Shown: positions 56,425 to 64,000 of the stretch, in pieces | Numbering within the stretch: the stretch's first letter is position 1 | How the letters are laid out: each line of letters starts with the position of its first letter | DNA from: Octopus vulgaris | Lineage: Eukaryota | DNA: 64,000 nt | Direction of reading: 5' to 3' | Assembly: GCA_951406725.2 (NCBI GenBank) | Contig: OX597814.1 | Location: forward strand, 211,234,001-211,298,000 | Made by a program: the position numbers and the translations under genes | Notes under the pieces: model-generated | The model's database searches: none | Seen by the model: the letters and a program-made list of their open reading frames with translations, nothing else | What the model was told of the DNA's origin: nothing

Positions 56425-56721
56425 ATCACGTGACCGACCAGTCCATCAGATATAGTTACACATCGCTGGTCACAATGCTTTCGCATTGTTTTAGCCTTTG
56501 AATGACGCCATCCCGCTGGCTAAGCGAGCAGGCCAACAGAAGAAAGAATGGGAGAAAGAGTGGTGAAAGAGTACAGCAGGGATCACCACCCCTTGCCGGA
56601 GGCTCGTGGAGCTTTTAGGTGTTTTCACTCAATAAACACTCACAATGCCCGGTCTGGGGATCGAAACCGCGTTCCTACGACCGCGAGTCCGCTGCCTTAA
56701 CCACTGGGCCATTGCGCCCCC
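56418..56721 (-). mobile_element. tRNA-derived SINE family D
   Basis: Minus strand GGCGCAATGGCCCAGTGGTTAAGGCAGCGGACTCGCGG...GGTTTCGATCCCC (A and B boxes), unique body, and (TCACGTGA) tail running into (TA)n. Confidence 0.85.
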
Positions 56722-56731
56722 AATCACACAC

Positions 56732-56784
<53 letters not shown>

Positions 56785-58683
56785 TGTGTGTGTGTGTGTG
56801 TTTGCGTTTGTCCGTGTAAGTGTGTGCATACGTGTATGTCTGTCTGTTGGTACATGCGAGAAAGAAGGAATCCACCAAAACAAAATGCGATAACCCTGCT
56901 GAAAGATGGAGAGTTAATTTGATGTTATATAAAGCGGACTTTGAGGGAATACTAGTAAATAAATGGTGAATAAAAGCAAGAAGTGAAACAGTGAAACATG
57001 AAAACTTAAAATTGTAGCATTATTAAAGAACTAAAGAGAAATCTAACAGTTCAATTGGGAAGTTACAATATCTTGAGCTTATAATTATTTACAGCATTTG
57101 TATGGGAGGCGGTACACCAGAAAGGAAAATATTGTAATAGTTACTTTGTCTTTTTAGTACAAGTTTAATTCTACATTAAATTTGATTTAATAATGTGCTA
57201 CTAGAATTATTGCCATATGACAACAGAGAATGTGCTAGAAATTACTCTATTAGTTATATAAATTTGATAGCCGTGTGTATCATGTATCAAAGAAAGAAAT
57301 ATTTCGTTTATTGTTATATTGGTTCATTAAAAGTTAGAAAGCTGTGTTTTGCTTCATTAAGCGATTCTACTTTCCGTTTGTATGTAATTATTTTAAATGG
57401 ATAACAGAAACCATCATCATTAGTATATACAGTAGTATATTTGGATTTATGTATGGTATATACAGTTGAGAGTAATTAAATTATTTTCGTTTTCTAAGTG
57501 CATCAAAAAATAGTCATTTATGAAAGTATGCGCTTTTTTTCATTAGACATTTATACATCATATTCTTTCTAATTATTATATTTTTCTTGTTTTAATATAA
57601 ATGAAATGAAACAACAAAATATGATCTACGAACCCGAATTAATAATATAATTAATATTGCAAATATAATTAATTGATATTTGTTTTGCAATTGCTTAAAT
57701 TTACGCTCTTGATCAGACATCAGTTTCCATCTTCATAGAGTATGTTCTAAGTTGTGTTGCTCAAAGACAGGATGTGAGTGATTAAATAATACATTGGAGC
57801 CTAAATAAATTAGGTTGGCACAAGGTGTTTTCTAATTGGAAAGAAAAAAGGATTATTTTTTCCTCTTTCCTTTTTAATATCATTCATTAATTTCCAAACA
57901 CGGTTATTTGTAAAAAAAAATAAATATAATAAAGATAGAGAAAAAAGGAAAGAAAGAAAAATGAAGGAAATAAATAAAGAAAGAAAAAGAAAGGAAAATA
58001 TCAAAAGAAAAGAAAGTGGGCTAAACAAACACTGTTGGCTATACGTTAAAAGAATAACCACCAATATTGATTTTTGACATTTGCACACCTCCATATATTT
58101 CAGGCGAGAAGTACCGTCGATTATATTGAATCTGTACATGATTGCCACTTACATTATCGACTCTGAAGGGAGGAAATACAAGGACAATCTTAACCAGATT
58201 TGAAATCAGTATTGAAAAAGAATTAACTAAATATCATATACTATACCATTCGGCACGTTTAATGTAGCACTTTACGGTTTTAGCCTCTTCACTGCTATGA
58301 GTAACAATTTAAATTAGTTATCGAACATCCGCTCTACTAATATGCTATAATCGTTACCACAGAATACAGATTTCAACATTGCCTCAATTTTATGTATTCA
58401 AGAACGAGCAAACAGGGAGTTAATTTGAACATCATAACTATTTTATTGAGTCCACAAGAGCGAAAATCAAAGAATGCCTTTGAAATTAGAACATAAGTGG
58501 ACTTACTATTATATTGAATGGCAGTTTACTCGATACTCGTGCAAATATGTTGAATGGATCACTACACATTTTAAAAAGGAATATACTAAGCTTCATTTTT
58601 AAAACTTTGGCACAAACGTAGATTTTATTGACGATTATAGTGAATTAAAGTGGCTTTAGTTCTTGCCTGCTACAAACGTCATC

Positions 58684-58907
58684 TCTGCAATGTATTCCCT
58701 CGGTCTCTTTTTCGGAATTGCTGCTTTACAAATAGTAAACACACTAACAGTTTATTAGAGACAAAATCACACTTACATACATACACATGTATATACATGC
58801 GTGTGTATGTATGCGACGAGCTTCTACACAGTTTCCATCTACTATAGTCATCCACAAATACAAAGAAGAAGGTACTTATAGATGACAAGCAGTTTATTTT
58901 TATTTTA
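58684..58907 (+). repeat. About 224-bp direct repeat, copy 1
   Basis: Near-identical to 60760-60983. Confidence 0.92.
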
Positions 58908-59829
58908 AGTGCAGTATTAAAAGAAAAAAATATTTTACATAGTGTATGTAGCACTCGGGCAACGAATCAACGCCATCCAAAAGTATTAACCTTAATTGGC
59001 AGGGAAAGAGTGCATGCATATGTGTAACAAACGATAAAATTTCTATTCTCGTTATCCAAAATTTTCTAAAATGATGTGAACGTAAATGTAGCTTGCGATA
59101 TCCGTATTCTCGTTGGGCAACGAATGTACAAAAGGAGATAAATCGGTGGGCTTTTACCATTCAAAGATTGTAGATGCATCGCATTGTTCTGTGATATCTA
59201 AAACATTATCATCTTCATATAATGCATTTGATAATGAAAGAAAATCACAAAAATGAAACAACTTCATCGCATTGTAAATCTTCAATATATGTGAAGATTA
59301 TATCCAATAGTGGCGTATATAAAAGCAAATTATTTAGATATGTATTTTCTAAATATTGCATATATTATATAGACATAATCTTCAGAAATAGGATTCTTGT
59401 AATGTAGCAAATATGTTTCAGACATTAAAATTCGTATAGAAATATTTAAAGACATCATTCTCAAGGCAAAAATTGCAGCTGGATATTGACATCCAGATTA
59501 TTACAAATAATTTAAAATGTATTTGTATAAGGCAAACGATAATGAAAAATCAAACTGTTTGCTTCAAGACAGAAATTTTAATGTACATGCAAAACGTGTA
59601 CACGAAGCTGCTACATACAAGCAAACACAACGTACGTAAATATTTCTTTCAACATATATGAATATGAGAGGGTAAGTGCTTTCATCTGACGCAGTGAAAG
59701 AAGCAATTTAGTCAAACATGATATTGTATTGTAGCAGGTGAGTTAAAATGCAAGCTCTGCATGTATATATGTATGTATGTGTGTGTGTCTGTATGTATGT
59801 ATGCATGTATGTATGTATGTATGTATGTA

Positions 59830-59964
59830 TCGGCAAAAGAGACCGATAGAATAAGTACTGGGCTTACAAAAGAATAAGTCACGGGGTCGATTTGCTCGAC
59901 TAAAGGCGGTGCTCCAGCATGGCCGCAGTCAAATGACTGAAACAAGTAAAAGAGTAAAAAGAGT

Positions 59965-59968
<4 letters not shown>
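59830..59968 (+). mobile_element. SINE family A 3' half
   Basis: CGGCAAAAGAGACCGATAGAATAAG...TAAAAGAG tail. Confidence 0.88.
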
Positions 59969-60009
<41 letters not shown>

Positions 60010-60426
60010 GGGTTTGTATGATTGTGTATAGAATGATATATATTTTTCAAAGGAATCCCAAATCTGTTTTTTAAGTTTTATTTATATTCTTTAAAATATT
60101 AATGTGGAATATAGAATATATAGTATAAATTAGTATATATATAGTAAAATGAACTGAAGTATTGATTGTCTTATTGAACAGATGAAATATTAAATATAAA
60201 ATATTAAGGGAATAGTGTACTTTCTTGCATTAAAGCAGTTTTGAATGTCCCAGGTTTTTACAGGAGTGTTTCAACTGTGTATATATATCGGGTGGGTATA
60301 AATTTTTGAATTTTATAATCCTATATTCTATCCCGAAAATACTCAAGACCATTTATGTATGAATTCGGCTCTTGCCATACCTCAAGTGAATTTCTCCAGT
60401 GTCGATAAAGTAAAGAGCCAGTCAAA

Positions 60427-60578
60427 TATGTATTTCTTTACTACCCACGGAGGGGGCAAACAAGGACAGACAGAGGAATTAAGTTGATTGCATCAACCTC
60501 AGTGCGTAACTGCTACTTAATTTATCGATCCCGAAAGGATGAATGGCAAAGTCGACATCGGCAGAATTTGAACTCAGA
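60427..60578 (-). mobile_element. SINE family C partial copy
   Basis: ATTTCTTTACTACCCAC...CCCGAAAGGATGAATGGCAAAGTCGAC. Confidence 0.8.
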
Positions 60579-60759
60579 TATGAGCAGTCAACAACACTGA
60601 GTGTTCACTTCCCTCAAACGTGCTGGTTTCCTGCTAATGCTAAAATGTTTTTATTGCTGATTTTTTTTATTTGCTGCAGTGAATGAACCGTGAACAGGCT
60701 ATGGAACCGTCGTTAAGACATTTTCTTCAACAAAAGGAGCCCAGTATTGCTTACCTCAG

Positions 60760-60983
60760 TCTGCAATGTATTCCCTCGGTCTCTTTTTCGGAACTGCTGC
60801 TTTACAAATAGTAAAAACTCTAACAGTTTATTAGAGACAAAATCACACTTACATACACAGAGATGTATATACATGTGTGTGTATGTATGCGACGAGCTTC
60901 TACACAGTTTCCGTCTACTATAGTCATCCACAAATACAAAGAAGAATGTACTTATAGATGACAAGCAGTTTATTTTAATTTTA
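60760..60983 (+). repeat. About 224-bp direct repeat, copy 2
   Basis: Offset 2076 bp from copy 1. Confidence 0.92.
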
Positions 60984-61576
60984 TTTATTTTTTTTTTTAC
61001 CAAACGGCAATCTTACGGAAACCTAAACAAAGAAACACATAGTGACAAATGTGGGGATGTGTAACAGACAAAAGCAAAGATATATACATCTATACATGTG
61101 TGTGTATGTATATGTATGTGTGTGCATGCATACATGAATTTGTACGAAGGGTTTTCGCTCGGGTTATGTTTACCTAGTTCACCAAAATCTATTATTCGTC
61201 TCGGGAGTATAATTGAATACACTTTCACAATATGTCGCTCAGATGCTGAACTCAAAACAACGTAGTATCAAAGTGTGATTGTTAACCGTATGGTCATACC
61301 TATCCTAGTACTAAACAAATGGAAATACATGTGTATCCTGTGTGTAATCTTACGTTTGAACATATACGAGTTTGCAGGGACGAAATCATTTGCCGCTGCA
61401 TTTCAGCTTCTATAAATGAGAAAGGATTATATGTAATATAACTAAAAGCCGTTGTCTTTGTCGGGAAATAACAAATTTATTTTTGCTTTCCAATTTTATT
61501 ATTTTCTTACTAATTTGCTGAGGTAAAGCAATCTTTCAGGTTCTGTTTATACTTTATGTATAATATATATATATAT

Positions 61577-61800
61577 ACTCTTTCTCTCTTAACTTTTTTA
61601 CTTGTTTCAGTCATTTGACTGCGGCCATGCAGGAGCACCGCCTTTAGTCGAGCAAATCGACCCCAGGACTTATTCTTTGTAAGCCTAGTACTTATTCTAT
61701 CGGTCTTTTTTGCCGAAACGCTAAGCCACGGGGAAGTAAACATGCCAGCATCGGTTGTCAAGCGATGTTGGGGGGGGGCAAACACAGACACACAAATACG

Positions 61801-61854
<54 letters not shown>

Positions 61855-62007
61855 TACGACGGGCTTCTTTCAGTTACCGTCTATCAAATCCACTCACAAG
61901 GCTTTGGTCGGCCCGAGGCTATAGTAGAAGACACTTGCCCAAGGTGCCACGCAGTTGAGAGTGAACCACTGAACCATGTGGTTGGTAAGCAAGCTACCTA
62001 CCCCACA
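61577..62007 (-). mobile_element. SINE family A copy
   Basis: Matches 4800-5225. Confidence 0.9.
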
Positions 62008-62030
62008 TTTTTTTGACCATTCCGAAATAT

Positions 62031-62091
<61 letters not shown>

Positions 62092-62117
62092 TATATGGAA
62101 AAGAAATTTAAGACACG

Positions 62118-62170
62118 ACAAGCATATCAGTTCATTTAAATTAGTTTAATGCTGAAGCGGAGTAATAAGC

Positions 62171-62238
<68 letters not shown>

Positions 62239-62345
62239 TAATAATAATAATAAATAATATCAACAAGAATAATAAAAATAAAGATGATAAAAACATCTCA
62301 CTTTGCTTCAGCATTAAACGAATTTAAATGAACTGATAAGCTTGT
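62118..62345. repeat. 46-bp inverted repeat enclosing (AAT)n
   Basis: 62118-62163 versus the reverse complement of 62300-62345, 4 mismatches by eye. Confidence 0.9.
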
Positions 62346-63657
62346 ACTGATTTGATTTTGCTTTCCTCTTAGTTAAATTATACATACAGGCTCGAAGGTA
62401 GGCTCCCTACTTCACTGTGACGAACACAACTCCAGCCCCCGTTATGAATTTGAATCCTAGTAGCTAATCAGCGGGAGCGCTCACACTGCAGACTTATTAG
62501 TTTAGGTTAACAGTGACCTCAACTATTCTTTTTCTGTGTATGTGTATGTGTGTGTGTGTGTTTGTGTGCATGTGTGCATCATCTTAATGTATATACGTTA
62601 TTGATTATCTCAATTACCGCATTATTTGTTTAGAGATAACATCTCTCATGGAATTGTAGTGTGAAAAGCACAATAATTGTCAGAAAGAGAGAGAGAGAGA
62701 AAGAGAGGGAGAGTGAAAGACAGAGAGAGCGCGGCGAGTAAAGAAAGAGAGAGAGAGACGAACATGTGTTCAAGGACCAGCTAGTGACTGCGCCAGATGT
62801 ATTTTGTCATTTTGGGATCTTTTCAATCGGACGTAGTCGTGCGCAAGGGGGTCGCAAATCTGTATTCATTAGACTTCATTCTTATTGCCTAATTTCTAAT
62901 TTTGTACAGAGAGTAGGACTAATTGATATGGAGCCGAATCATTATATCGACGTACTGAGGCAAGTATAATGTAGTCAAATTTCGTATAAATATGCAGCCC
63001 AAAATAATCACCCTCTCAATTCCTATCACCGGACTCAGCTATCCTACAAAATGTAATAGGTGTTGATTTTCCTCTTGAGAATAAGCCATGTTTCAGAAAA
63101 AGATGGCTTACGTTATTCATGTTTCACTTTCCAAATTTCGTCTCAGCACAGTTTTCTTGGATGTCTCACCAACAATCACATACAGCAAAACTCTTATCGG
63201 ATGTCAAATACGCGGAATCAATATTTGTAAGACAAAATGTCTCGTGGTATTGAGCGACGACGGTAGGCTGCGAATTTAAATCCCAACGAGTTAAACATTA
63301 TCTTCTACTCTTCTGGCCATTCATGAAGTAGTAGACGTCTATGAACTGGATCGATATCATTGAGCAACTCAAAAATATATTATATTGTGTCTCGGTTCTA
63401 GGAATACTTGATATTTCATAGTTTTTTCTTCACATGCCTTATGAAATTCTATACAAAATTGGGGAGATGTACTTGCATAGCAAATGACCCGATCTGAGAT
63501 CGTGTGGGGAAACCTATGTGTAGATGTATGTGTATTTTAGCGTGCGTGTGTATGCATGCGTTGTGGCAGTGTATGTGTGTGTATGCGTGTGTATGAGTGT
63601 GTGCATACATGCACGTATACGTATATGTGTAGATATATCTACAAATTATATATATAA

Positions 63658-63688
<31 letters not shown>

Positions 63689-63810
63689 CATATATATGTG
63701 TGTATATATATATATATATGTATGTAGATGTATATGTCTATGTATAATAAAACAGAAAAAACATTTGAATTTTAACCATTGTTTGCGAAAATAGTGTCTT
63801 ATATGGTGGT

Positions 63811-64000
63811 GACCCCCTTCGGTCAGACACTGACCATGGGTTTGCACCTAGAGAGTTACCCTCTAAGGCACAAGTCTAGGCAAGGTTGTTTTATGGAAGA
63901 CCAGCAGTCGCCCATGCATACCGGCCTCCCCTCTCTACGTCACCGATGTTGTCCAAGGGAAAGGCAAGGGCCGATACAGCTTGGCACCTGTGATGTCGCA
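63811..64000 (-). mobile_element. SINE family B 3' part, cut by the window end
   Basis: Matches 3928-4120. Confidence 0.88.

Noticed and set aside
56640-56721. tRNA-like sequence with good A and B boxes (also 4190-4262)
   Set aside because: Acceptor and anticodon stems are imperfect and the sequence continues into a SINE body, so these are SINE heads

Overview
Very AT-rich, microsatellite-dense eukaryotic intergenic or intronic DNA. The repeat repertoire suggests an octopus genome (inferred from recalled repeat families, not from a search). I can support no intact host gene, and nearly all listed ORFs are translations of microsatellites or SINEs. The window is mostly transposon debris: four tRNA-headed SINE families, R4/Dong LINE ends inside (TAA)n, CR1-like and RTE LINE remnants, five mariner remnants, three Helitron derivatives and several Penelope-like (PLE) fragments. 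Notable points: (1) about six minimal type-I hammerhead-ribozyme motifs with palindromic stem III, one with a fully canonical core (7818-7925); (2) recurrent short inverted duplications next to microsatellites and PLE ends; (3) a Helitron head-to-tail junction; (4) a mariner built from two inverted 5' halves; (5) stacked Dong elements in one TAA array. All alignments and translations were done by eye, so boundaries are approximate.
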